A stretch of DNA of 61,744 bases, the filler included. It is 6 parts of 6 records of this genome, joined end to end, with 100 filler letters (N's around TTAATTAATTAA, not from the genome) between each part and the next. Parts side by side here need not be neighbours in the genome. Positions count along the whole stretch, not along the records: positions 39,427 to 56,165 come from SRR31147125_13135; 5 more parts are not named here. One strand, given 5' to 3'. The translations under genes and the position numbers were made by a program. The notes beneath the pieces are model-generated. The model saw nothing but the letters and a program-made list of their open reading frames with translations, did no database searches and was not told the DNA's origin. This document shows, in pieces, positions 42,083 through 51,373 of the stretch; the first letter of the stretch is position 1, and each line of letters opens with the position of its first letter.

Positions 42083-43132
42083 ATGAATCCACTCATTGGA
42101 ATTTTTTATCACGCAGTTGGCGGTTTTGCAGCCGGAAGTTTTTATATCCCATACAAACGCGTTCGGAACTGGGCCTGGGAAGTTTACTGGCTGGTGGGCG
42201 GCTTTTTTGCATGGATCGTCGCACCATGGGTTGTATCTTACCTGGCTGTACCGGATTTGGGTGTCTTACTTTCAAGCATTCCATTAAAAAATATGATCTG
42301 GCCTTATATATTTGGCGTACTATGGGGTATTGGCGGTCTCACATTTGGTTTGACCATGCGCTATCTTGGCATGTCTTTGGGCATGGCTATGGCCCTGGGA
42401 TTAACCGCCACCTTTGGTACCCTCGTTCCCCCCATCTATTTTGGTCATTTCAACATGCTCATCACACATGTCTCCGGCCTGGTCACATTATTAGGTGTGG
42501 CTGTCTGTCTTGTGGGAATCAGTATTACCGGCAAAGCGGGCATTATGAAAGATCAGGAACTCACTGATGAACAAAAGAAGGCGAGTATAGAAGAGTTTAA
42601 TTTTAAAACCGGACTCTGGGTGGCCTTCTTGGCAGGTGTCATGAGTGCCTGCTTTGCCTTTGGTATTGCGGCTGGAAAACCCATCGCCGAGCAAGCTATA
42701 GAACTTGGAGCGCCTACGTTGTTTAGCAATAGCCCTGTTTTCATTTTTATCATGGCAGGGGGATTCACAACAAACTTTATATGGTGTGTGATTCTCAGTG
42801 TCAGAAATAAGACTATGGGTGATTATGTAAAGGTGGATGATAAAACACCCATGTTGTCCAATTACTTTTTTTCTGCCCTGGCCGGACTTGTATGGTATTG
42901 CCAGTTTATGTTCTACGGTATGGGAACCACTAAAATGGGGCAATATGATTTTGCCAGTTGGAGTATTCACATGGCTTTTATTATCACTTTCAGTAACATC
43001 TGGGGCCTTATTTTGAAAGAATGGAAAGGCTCTGGTAACAAAACCATAAGAATGATTGTTCTGGGACTGATTGTTCTGGTTTTCTCTACATTTGTCATTG
43101 GTGCTGGAAATTATATCCAGACATTTGAATAA
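42083..43132 (+). CDS. rhaT: L-rhamnose/H+ symporter
   Basis: GSFYIPYKRVRNWAWE, WGIGGLTFGLTMRYLGMSLG, SWSIHMA, LKEWKG. Confidence 0.93.
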   Translation: MNPLIGIFYHAVGGFAAGSFYIPYKRVRNWAWEVYWLVGGFFAWIVAPWVVSYLAVPDLGVLLSSIPLKNMIWPYIFGVLWGIGGLTFGLTMRYLGMSLGMAMALGLTATFGTLVPPIYFGHFNMLITHVSGLVTLLGVAVCLVGISITGKAGIMKDQELTDEQKKASIEEFNFKTGLWVAFLAGVMSACFAFGIAAGKPIAEQAIELGAPTLFSNSPVFIFIMAGGFTTNFIWCVILSVRNKTMGDYVKVDDKTPMLSNYFFSALAGLVWYCQFMFYGMGTTKMGQYDFASWSIHMAFIITFSNIWGLILKEWKGSGNKTIRMIVLGLIVLVFSTFVIGAGNYIQTFE

Positions 43133-43156
43133 AAATATTAAAAGGGAGATAGTACC

Positions 43157-43471
43157 ATGTTACGTAATGCCTTTAAAATGAAACTTTTACCTGGATTTGA
43201 ACAGGAATATAAGAAACGACATGATGAGATATGGCCGGAGCTGGAAAAAGAGCTTCAAAAAGCAGGCGTGTCGGATTATTCTATTTTTCTGGATGAGGAG
43301 ACCTTGACACTTTTTGCCGTACAAAAATTAAGTGACAACCATACCTCAGACCAGTTGCCTGATTCACCCGTTGTTCGCAAGTGGTGGGATTATATGAAGG
43401 ATATTATGGAATACAATCCGGACAACACACCCGTTGCGATCCCATTAAAGGAAGTATTTCATATGGATTAA
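43157..43471 (+). CDS. rhaM: L-rhamnose mutarotase
   Basis: AFKM.L...[13 protein letters not shown]...YSIFLD...KWWDYM.DIM...L.EVFHMD. Confidence 0.95.
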   Translation: MLRNAFKMKLLPGFEQEYKKRHDEIWPELEKELQKAGVSDYSIFLDEETLTLFAVQKLSDNHTSDQLPDSPVVRKWWDYMKDIMEYNPDNTPVAIPLKEVFHMD

Positions 43472-43523
43472 CAATCTGTTCAAACATAATTTTTTCATTT
43501 TTCAATAAATGAGGACATATTAC

Positions 43524-44627
43524 ATGAAACCCAGAGAACGCGTATTAAAAGCTTTTCGTAAACTGGACGGTTTTCCGGATCGGGTTCCTGTCCAGTTTGA
43601 GATGTGTCATTCCTTGTATGAACACTTTAGTAAAAAACTCGACATTCCTCTTTCTTTTACAGACAATTTGTATGAAGACGTGTCTTTTCGCATCAGCGGG
43701 AATGAAATCCGCACTGCCATGGGCTGCGATGTGGTTGTAACCGGTGCGTCTGTTTCAGACGATTATAAAATCGAAAAACAGAGTGATGGCACCTGGTTTA
43801 ATGAATATCAGATGCGAATGCGCCAGGGAGATATCTATGTGGAGGTGATAGAGTATCCTCTGGCTCACGTGCAAACTGCGGCAGACATCAAAGCGTACAA
43901 TTTCCCGGATCCGTTCGCTCCCGGTCGATACCGTGATGCAGAAGCGCTTGTCAATAAATTTAAAGAGGATTATCTGATTATCGGTGATATCGAAGTCACG
44001 ATCTTTAGTCTGGCGCAACAGCTTGTTGGCATGGAAAAAATTATGCTGGACATGGCCATGGAAGCGGAATATCTGGAGCCATTATTTACAGCGTGTACGG
44101 ATTTCCAGATTGCAATCGGTACAAAACTGATTCAGGCAGGCGTAGATGCTTTTTGGGTAGGCGATGATTTTGGCTCCCAAACCGGCTTGCTTTTGTCCGT
44201 AGATATGTTTGACACATACCTACGGCCGCATTATACACGATTAATCAATGAACTTAAACAGGTCAATCCACAGGTTATTCCCATTCTCCATTGTGACGGT
44301 GCTGTCAGCCAGTTACTGGATACCATTTGGGATATGGGTTTTGAAGTTTTTAATCCGGTTCAACCTGGCGTTCCAGGCCATTCTCCCGGAGAGATGAAGG
44401 ATGGCTTTGGTGATCGGTTTGTCTTCTGGGGTGCCATAGATCAGCAAGATTTACTTCCTTTCGGAACAGACGAGGAACTGGAAGCAGATATTATTGAAAA
44501 AATAAACATTTTAGGTGAAAATCGTGGCTATATGATTTCCCCGGCTCATATACTTCAGGCAGATGTGTCACCGGAACGCGTGGAGAAATTTATTGAATTG
44601 TGTATGAAACATGGAAAATACAAATAA
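43524..44627 (+). CDS. Uroporphyrinogen decarboxylase/MtaA-CmuA fold protein
   Basis: RERV...PDRVP, GDDFGSQ, LHCDG, NPVQP, FWGAIDQQ, PAH.LQ.DV; GAGGA RBS favours 43524. Confidence 0.85.
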   Translation: MKPRERVLKAFRKLDGFPDRVPVQFEMCHSLYEHFSKKLDIPLSFTDNLYEDVSFRISGNEIRTAMGCDVVVTGASVSDDYKIEKQSDGTWFNEYQMRMRQGDIYVEVIEYPLAHVQTAADIKAYNFPDPFAPGRYRDAEALVNKFKEDYLIIGDIEVTIFSLAQQLVGMEKIMLDMAMEAEYLEPLFTACTDFQIAIGTKLIQAGVDAFWVGDDFGSQTGLLLSVDMFDTYLRPHYTRLINELKQVNPQVIPILHCDGAVSQLLDTIWDMGFEVFNPVQPGVPGHSPGEMKDGFGDRFVFWGAIDQQDLLPFGTDEELEADIIEKINILGENRGYMISPAHILQADVSPERVEKFIELCMKHGKYK

Positions 44628-44731
44628 ACAGCACGTCAGGGTGATTTTGTTTCAATCTTTTCAGAATCACTATTAATGTTACTTGATTAAAATCAGGCAT
44701 TACATATCATAATTTAAAAAAAGGAGCAATC

Positions 44732-46675
44732 ATGGATCGTCGCTCTTTTCTCAAAAATATGGGATTAACAACGGGATCAGTGCTTTTATCAGCCAATCTA
44801 TTCCAATGTTCGTCGTTGTTTAAACCACGAAAAAGACCGAATATTTTGTGGATACTCGGAGAAGATATGTCCTGCCACTGGAGTTGTTACGGAGAAACTA
44901 CAATAACAACACCCAACATGGATAAATGTGCCAGTGAAGGTGTGCTTTTCAAACAGGCCTTTGTGACATGTCCGGTTTGTTCTCCTATTCGCTCTTCTTT
45001 GGTGAGCGGTATGTTCCAGACCAAACTTGGAGCCCATAACCATCGCAGTCAAAGGATTGATGGTAAAGGAGGTGGCGAACAGGAATATCATAACAGTTTC
45101 GTTGCTCCCGTAAAACTTTTACCGGAACTTTTTCAGCAGGCTGGCTATTTTACGGTGTTGGGTTCAATGAATTCATTTGAACCGGCTCCGGTTAAACAAG
45201 ATACACTGAATCAAAACAATGCTGAAGAAAAACCAGTTCCTGTTAAACTCGGAAAAAGCGATTATAACTTTGTCTGGGATAACAGTATGTACGATTCAAA
45301 TGACTGGAGGGATCGGGCGCCGGATCAACCCTTTTTTGCCCAAATTCAACTTCACGGTGGAAAAGCCCGGGAGGCAACTGTTCCCAATCCGGTTAATCCG
45401 GATGATTGTCATTTGCCACCTTATTATCCGGATTTTCCGGTCATGCGGGAAGACTGGGCTCATTATTTAAATTCCGTTCTGGCCATGGACGCTGAGGTCG
45501 GGAAGATTCTGCAACGCCTGGACGAGGACGGACTTGCCGAGAACACCGTTGTGATCCTCTTCACCGACCATGGCATAAGTCATTTGCGCGGTAAGCAATT
45601 CCTGTATGATGAAGGGATCCAGGTACCTCTCATTATTCGCTGGCCCGGAGAAATGAAGCCAAACACCATAAGGGAGGATCTGGTAAGTACTGTTGATCTA
45701 CCTGCGACGAGCTTAGCTCTGGCTGGTATAAAAACTCCGAGCTATTATGATGGCAAAAATATCCTTGCAAAGAAGGTCAAGCCAGCCACCTTTGTCGCTG
45801 CTGCCCGGGATCGGTGCGATGAAACCATGGAATGTATTCGATGTATTCGCACGGATCAATACAAATATATTCGCAACTATTTTGCAAATCATCCACATTT
45901 ACAGTTTAATCAATATAAAGACGGCAAAGAAATCACCAAAACCATGCGAAACCTGTATGCTGAAGGGAAATTAAACCAACTCCAGGCAAGAATATTCCAG
46001 GCACCTCGTCCAGTGGAAGAGCTGTATGATATCAAGGCGGATCCGCTTGAACTCGACAATCTGGCTATGTCATCTGAATTTCAGGAAACTCTGGAAAAAA
46101 TACGCAAGATGCATCGGGACTGGATGAAAGAGACCAAAGATTTGGGCCTTATTCCGGAACCCATTTTAGAGGACATGGGTAAAGAGTATGGCAATAAATA
46201 TTTTATCCTGCAGGATAGTAAAAATAAGGATCTTGTAGATAACATAATTGATGTTATCGAGCTTGAAGAAAAAGGAAAATCAGCTATTACCGAACTAGTG
46301 GAAAAATGTTCCGATGAATCCCCGTGTATTCGTTTCAGGGCTGCCTATGGTTTGGGCAATATGGGTGACAGCGCCAAAATGGCTTCTGATATATTAGCAT
46401 CTCATTTATCGGATGAATCCGCTTCTGTCAGAATCGCTGCCGCTCGTGCCTTATGTTTGATTGGTGAAAATGAAAAAGGATGCCCGGTCCTGTTAAGGGA
46501 ACTGAAAACAAGCTCAAATCACATTGTCCGCCTTTATGCTGCTCTTTTTTTTGAGGATATTGGTGATGCCGCGAGAAAATATTTACCGGATTTTAAAATA
46601 GCTACTCAGGACAACAATGATTTCGTACGACGTGTGACACGACGTCTGGTTCGAACTTTTGAACAGAACGTCTGA
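44732..46675 (+). CDS. Tat-exported Cys-type sulfatase with C-terminal HEAT repeats
   Basis: RRSFLK, PNILWI..ED, CSPIR, TDHG, LYD...DP.E; HEAT-like RFRAAYGLG, RIAAARAL. Confidence 0.92.
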   Translation: MDRRSFLKNMGLTTGSVLLSANLFQCSSLFKPRKRPNILWILGEDMSCHWSCYGETTITTPNMDKCASEGVLFKQAFVTCPVCSPIRSSLVSGMFQTKLGAHNHRSQRIDGKGGGEQEYHNSFVAPVKLLPELFQQAGYFTVLGSMNSFEPAPVKQDTLNQNNAEEKPVPVKLGKSDYNFVWDNSMYDSNDWRDRAPDQPFFAQIQLHGGKAREATVPNPVNPDDCHLPPYYPDFPVMREDWAHYLNSVLAMDAEVGKILQRLDEDGLAENTVVILFTDHGISHLRGKQFLYDEGIQVPLIIRWPGEMKPNTIREDLVSTVDLPATSLALAGIKTPSYYDGKNILAKKVKPATFVAAARDRCDETMECIRCIRTDQYKYIRNYFANHPHLQFNQYKDGKEITKTMRNLYAEGKLNQLQARIFQAPRPVEELYDIKADPLELDNLAMSSEFQETLEKIRKMHRDWMKETKDLGLIPEPILEDMGKEYGNKYFILQDSKNKDLVDNIIDVIELEEKGKSAITELVEKCSDESPCIRFRAAYGLGNMGDSAKMASDILASHLSDESASVRIAAARALCLIGENEKGCPVLLRELKTSSNHIVRLYAALFFEDIGDAARKYLPDFKIATQDNNDFVRRVTRRLVRTFEQNV

Positions 46676-46794
46676 TGCTTTATCTACTAATATAATTTAC
46701 CTGATTGGATGGATTGGAAAATCCCTTATAAATCACATTCTGAATAAAGAATTGAATATAAAGCAGTTTCAGTATACTGTTGCGGAGATAAATA

Positions 46795-48231
46795 ATGAAA
46801 TGTAATCGACGAGATTTTATGAAACAGGCAGGACTTCTGGGTGGAACATTAGCATTGTCAGGTATAGTCGGTTCGGCATGTCAACTGAAAAAGAAAAAGC
46901 CAAATATTCTGTTTATCATGACCGACCAACAGAGCGCCAGCATGATGAGCTGCACTGGCAATAAATGGCTAAAAACACCGTCTCTGGATAACCTGGCGAG
47001 TCAGGGTGTGCGTTTTGAACGTGCCTACGCTGCCAATCCGGTTTGTGTGCCTTCTCGTTTCAGTTTACAAACCAGCCTGTATCCTTCCATCATACAAATG
47101 CGACATAATGGAAGCAAGTTTGATTCGAACACAGTCGAAAACATTATGCCACAGGCCATGGGCCATGTATTCCGAAACGCAGGATATCAAACTGTTTATG
47201 GCGGCAAGATCCATTTACCAGACGCAAGTAAAGATACGGAAAAATACGGTTATGAATATGTGGTCAGAGATGAGCGGCAGGAACTGGCAGAAACGTGTGC
47301 AACCTTTTTAAGGGATCGAAAAAAGGACGAGCCTCCCTTTTTCCTGTTTGTTTCTTTTATAAATCCCCATGACATTTGTTACCATGCTTTGAGAGACTAT
47401 GAACCAGACGGCCATTATGCCAAAAGAACACCACCACCTTTGGATGAGGCACTGATAACACCAGAAGGCGTTTCTCAAAAAGAGTTTTTTGCGAAATATT
47501 GCCCTCCGTTACCAGTCAATCATTTACCATCTGAAAATGAATCAGATGGTGTTCAACAATTAATGGATATACGAAAATACAAAAGATATATCCGCAATGA
47601 ATGGCCGGAAGAAAAATGGCGCCTGCATCGTTGGGCTTATTTTCGTTTGACCGAAATGGTGGACAAAAAGATCGGCATTGTCCTGGATGCGCTGAAACAA
47701 TCCGGGCTGGAGGATAATACGATCACCATTTTTACATCCGATCATGGAGATATGGATTCAGCACATCGCCTGGAACATAAAACGGTTTTTTATGAGGAAT
47801 CAACGAGAATCCCGTTTATTTTTCGCTACAAAGACGTCAGTAAAAAAGGCCATGTCAATAACACCCATCTGGTTTGCAATGGACTTGATTTGTTTCCTAC
47901 ACTCTGTGATTTTGCTGGTGTCAAGGCACCGGAACATGTGCTGGGACGTTCCCTGAAGCCGTTGTTACAGGGTAAAACAAATACGCCCTGGCGTAAAAAT
48001 CTGGTGATTGAAAATCAGGTTGGATTCATGATTACAGATGGCCGGTTTAAATATTCCATAGATGACATTGGCAAGAATCGTGAGATGCTTTTTGACCTGG
48101 AAAATGACCCGGGTGAAATGAAAAATATCGCTGGATTGCCGGCGTACAAGGATATCCAGGAAAAACTGAAACAAGAACTGCTCAAAGATCTTGATAAACG
48201 AGGTGTTAAGCTGAAAACGCCCATTGCTTAA
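46795..48231 (+). CDS. Tat-exported Cys-type sulfatase
   Basis: RRDFMK, PNILFIMTDQ, CVPSR, GKIH, SDHGD. Confidence 0.93.
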   Translation: MKCNRRDFMKQAGLLGGTLALSGIVGSACQLKKKKPNILFIMTDQQSASMMSCTGNKWLKTPSLDNLASQGVRFERAYAANPVCVPSRFSLQTSLYPSIIQMRHNGSKFDSNTVENIMPQAMGHVFRNAGYQTVYGGKIHLPDASKDTEKYGYEYVVRDERQELAETCATFLRDRKKDEPPFFLFVSFINPHDICYHALRDYEPDGHYAKRTPPPLDEALITPEGVSQKEFFAKYCPPLPVNHLPSENESDGVQQLMDIRKYKRYIRNEWPEEKWRLHRWAYFRLTEMVDKKIGIVLDALKQSGLEDNTITIFTSDHGDMDSAHRLEHKTVFYEESTRIPFIFRYKDVSKKGHVNNTHLVCNGLDLFPTLCDFAGVKAPEHVLGRSLKPLLQGKTNTPWRKNLVIENQVGFMITDGRFKYSIDDIGKNREMLFDLENDPGEMKNIAGLPAYKDIQEKLKQELLKDLDKRGVKLKTPIA

Positions 48232-48275
48232 GCCCATGACTCGAAATAATGTGAATAATTGAAAAAGGATAAAAG

Positions 48276-49679
48276 ATGCTACGTCGACATTTTTTGAAAA
48301 ATACGGCATTAGGAACGGCTGCCCTGTCGATTTACGGCTGTCAAGCAGACCGAAAAACCAAACATGAAAAACCAAATATTATTTTTATTCTGGCTGATGA
48401 TATGGGTTACGGAGACCTTGGTTGTTATGGTCAAAAAAAGTTTGCTACACCGAATATAGATCGGCTTGCAAAAGAAGGGCTTCGCTTTACCCAGTGTTAT
48501 GCCGGATCCACTGTTTGTGCGCCATCCCGCAGCGTACTTATGACCGGTCAGCATACCGGACATACACGTGTGCGCGGTAATGGTTGTGCTAAAGGTGGAA
48601 CTGTGGGAAAAAAAGGGAATCGAACAGTTCGCAGGATGTCTCTTACAAACGAGGATATCACAGTTGGGCATGTTTTGCAAAAGGCTGGCTACAAAACGGG
48701 CCTGGTTGGCAAATGGCACATTGGTGCTTACGATCCAAATGCCGGTCCTCTTGATCGCGGATTCGATAATTTTGATGGCTGGCGCATCATTACGCCGGAA
48801 ACATATAACCCAACCTACTGGGCGCCAAAACGCTACCGTAACCGCGAGGTTGTTGATATTGAACCCAACCAAAATGAACAACGCGGCTACTATTGCACGG
48901 ATATGTGTCGTGATGATGCCATAAATTTTATAAAAGAGAATAAAGACAATCCGTTTTTTCTTTACCTGGCGCATACCAACCCCCACAGTCCACTTGATGC
49001 ACCGGATCTTGCTCCTTACGCGGATAAAGACTGGCCGGTTGAAGAAAAGACCTATGCGGCCATGATTCACCGTCTGGATCAGAATATTGGCCAGGTGATG
49101 CAAATCCTTAAAGACCTGAATCTGGACGACAAGACCATTGTGTTCTTTACTTCGGATAACGGGCCTCGCTCGGGTAGTTCTGAAGTATTGACACGAGTCG
49201 TTGACTTTTTTGACTCCAATGGACCTTTACAAGGATATAAACGTGATCTGTACGATGGCGGTATTCGCGTACCCATGATAGCCCGCTGGCCCGGTAAAGT
49301 ACCGGCGAATCAGACCAGTGATGCTGTGAATTATTTTGCTGATTTTCTGCCCACAGCCGCAGACCTGGCTGGTGGTCAGGTGCCGGATAATATTGATGGT
49401 TTGAGTATTGTTCCAGCCTTACTTGGGAAAGAACAAAACACCTCTGACAGGTTTCTTTACTGGGAATTCTTTGAACGCGGTTTTCAACAGGCCGTACGCT
49501 GGAAAAACTGGAAAGCGTTAAGACTGAAACAAGGTGAACCCCTGTTGTTATATGATATATCAAAAGACATTAGTGAAAAACACAACATTGCCGATAAACA
49601 CCCGGATGTAATAGCTAAAATTGAAGAATATCTCAAAACCGCTAGAACCGATTCACCCAACTATCCAATAACCACGTAA
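48276..49679 (+). CDS. Tat-exported Cys-type arylsulfatase family protein
   Basis: RRHFLK, PNIIFILADDMG, CAPSRSVLMTG, GKWH, SDNG. Confidence 0.94.
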   Translation: MLRRHFLKNTALGTAALSIYGCQADRKTKHEKPNIIFILADDMGYGDLGCYGQKKFATPNIDRLAKEGLRFTQCYAGSTVCAPSRSVLMTGQHTGHTRVRGNGCAKGGTVGKKGNRTVRRMSLTNEDITVGHVLQKAGYKTGLVGKWHIGAYDPNAGPLDRGFDNFDGWRIITPETYNPTYWAPKRYRNREVVDIEPNQNEQRGYYCTDMCRDDAINFIKENKDNPFFLYLAHTNPHSPLDAPDLAPYADKDWPVEEKTYAAMIHRLDQNIGQVMQILKDLNLDDKTIVFFTSDNGPRSGSSEVLTRVVDFFDSNGPLQGYKRDLYDGGIRVPMIARWPGKVPANQTSDAVNYFADFLPTAADLAGGQVPDNIDGLSIVPALLGKEQNTSDRFLYWEFFERGFQQAVRWKNWKALRLKQGEPLLLYDISKDISEKHNIADKHPDVIAKIEEYLKTARTDSPNYPITT

Positions 49680-49757
49680 ACAAGAATCCGGTTATCTAGT
49701 AGAAAATAGCCAACAAACTAAACGAAAAGGCGTAACTTAAATAATAACAAACCTGAT

Positions 49758-49788
49758 TCCCCCTTTTGAAGGGGGACAAAGGGGGATG
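49758..49788. repeat. REP-like palindrome
   Basis: TCCCCCTT-ttg-AAGGGGGA-caa-AGGGGGATG; same style as 29312-29350 and 30720-30747. Confidence 0.55.
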
Positions 49789-49903
49789 TTTCGCACTGAA
49801 CCTGAATATACATACATGAATTAATAACCAAAACCTAATTGGAATTTTAATTTATTTTAGGGTATTTTATTTTCACCATTTTATAATACAGAAAGGGCAC
49901 ACA

Positions 49904-51328
49904 ATGAAAACAAAAGTCGGCCTGTACGGCATAGGCCTGGACACCTATTGGGGCCAGTTTGAAGGTCTATATGAGCGTCTTGAAGGCTATCAAAATAAAA
50001 TTGAAGAAAGAATAGCCGGTATAAATCCGGATATTGAAGTAATAAATACAGGCATTGTCGATTCTCCCAAAAAAGCCCGGGAAACAGGCGACTATTTAGC
50101 CTCACAAAATGTACAAGCCATTTTTCTGTTTATTTCAACATATGCGCTTAGCTCCACCGTATTACCTGTGGTGCAGAAAGCAAAGGTACCGGTCATCGTA
50201 CTCAGTCTGCAACCGGATAATGCCATAAATTACAAGAGTTTTAACGCTCTCAATGATCGCGGTAAAATGACCGGTGAGTGGCTTGCCTGGTGTCAGGCCT
50301 GTTCCGCGCCTGAAATTGCCTGTGTATTCAACCGCGCCCAAATTGATTATTTCCTTATTACCGGCACTCTGGATGATAAAGAAGCCTGGCAGAATATTAC
50401 AAGCTGGCTCAATGCCATACATGTAGCTTCACTTATGCGGGATACACGGATCGGCGTGCTCGGTCACTATTACTGTGGCATGATGGATGTCTATAGCGAT
50501 ATGACCCAGCTGGCCTCCACATTTGGATCTCATTTCGAAATTGTCGAAATGCCCACGTTACACAAATTTCGTAATAATGTCTCTGCAGAACAATTGCAGG
50601 CTAAAATCGAACAGTTCTATAGCGATTTTGATGTCGATCCGGATTGTGAAAAGGAGGAAATCAAACGGGCCGCACAAACATCAGTTGCATTGGATGAAGT
50701 GGTTGCCAAAAATCAACTCGGCTGTATGGCCTATTATTATGAAGGCTCTGATGATAAAGAGTATGAGAATATCATTACCTCGGTAATTCCGGGTAATACC
50801 TTGCTCACCATGCATGGCGTTCCGGTTGCCGGAGAGTATGAAGTTAAAAATGTCATTGCCATGAAAATTATGGACTTGTTAGGTGTAGGCGGCAGCTTTT
50901 CCGAGTTTTATGCTCTGGATCTTGATGACGATATCGTTTTACTCGGCCATGATGGTCCCGGTCATGCACAAATTGCTGAGGGAAAAGTAAACCTGGTTCC
51001 TCTACCCATCTATCATGGTAAACCCGGTAAAGGTCTGTCAATCCAGATGAGCGTCAAACATGGACCGGTTACCATATTATCTGTTGTACAGGGTGGCGAT
51101 GGAACCATTAAATTGCTGGTTGCAGAAGGTGAAAGTGAACCAGGCCCTGTTTTGGAAATAGGCAACACAAACAGTCGCTACCGTTTCAGCATTGGCGCGA
51201 AAAAGTTTTTGAATGATTGGTCTGAACAGGGTCCGGCACATCACATGGCTATTGGTGTGGGACATGTTGCTTCGACTATTGAGAAAATGGCCAAATTTTT
51301 AGGTATTCAATGTGTTCAGGTTTGCTAA
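49904..51328 (+). CDS. L-fucose/L-arabinose isomerase family protein
   Basis: AGEYE, SFSEF, GHDGP, GPVT, GPAHH.AIG.GH. Confidence 0.88.
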   Translation: MKTKVGLYGIGLDTYWGQFEGLYERLEGYQNKIEERIAGINPDIEVINTGIVDSPKKARETGDYLASQNVQAIFLFISTYALSSTVLPVVQKAKVPVIVLSLQPDNAINYKSFNALNDRGKMTGEWLAWCQACSAPEIACVFNRAQIDYFLITGTLDDKEAWQNITSWLNAIHVASLMRDTRIGVLGHYYCGMMDVYSDMTQLASTFGSHFEIVEMPTLHKFRNNVSAEQLQAKIEQFYSDFDVDPDCEKEEIKRAAQTSVALDEVVAKNQLGCMAYYYEGSDDKEYENIITSVIPGNTLLTMHGVPVAGEYEVKNVIAMKIMDLLGVGGSFSEFYALDLDDDIVLLGHDGPGHAQIAEGKVNLVPLPIYHGKPGKGLSIQMSVKHGPVTILSVVQGGDGTIKLLVAEGESEPGPVLEIGNTNSRYRFSIGAKKFLNDWSEQGPAHHMAIGVGHVASTIEKMAKFLGIQCVQVC

Positions 51329-51373
51329 GTCTTTTATTTAATTTTAGAGTATTATTCTAAATATGAGGAAAAA

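Noticed and set aside
48309-49103. Long antisense ORFs (also 24824-25483, 56405-57019 and many shorter ones)
   Set aside because: Shadows of well-supported genes on the opposite strand; no motifs or RBS
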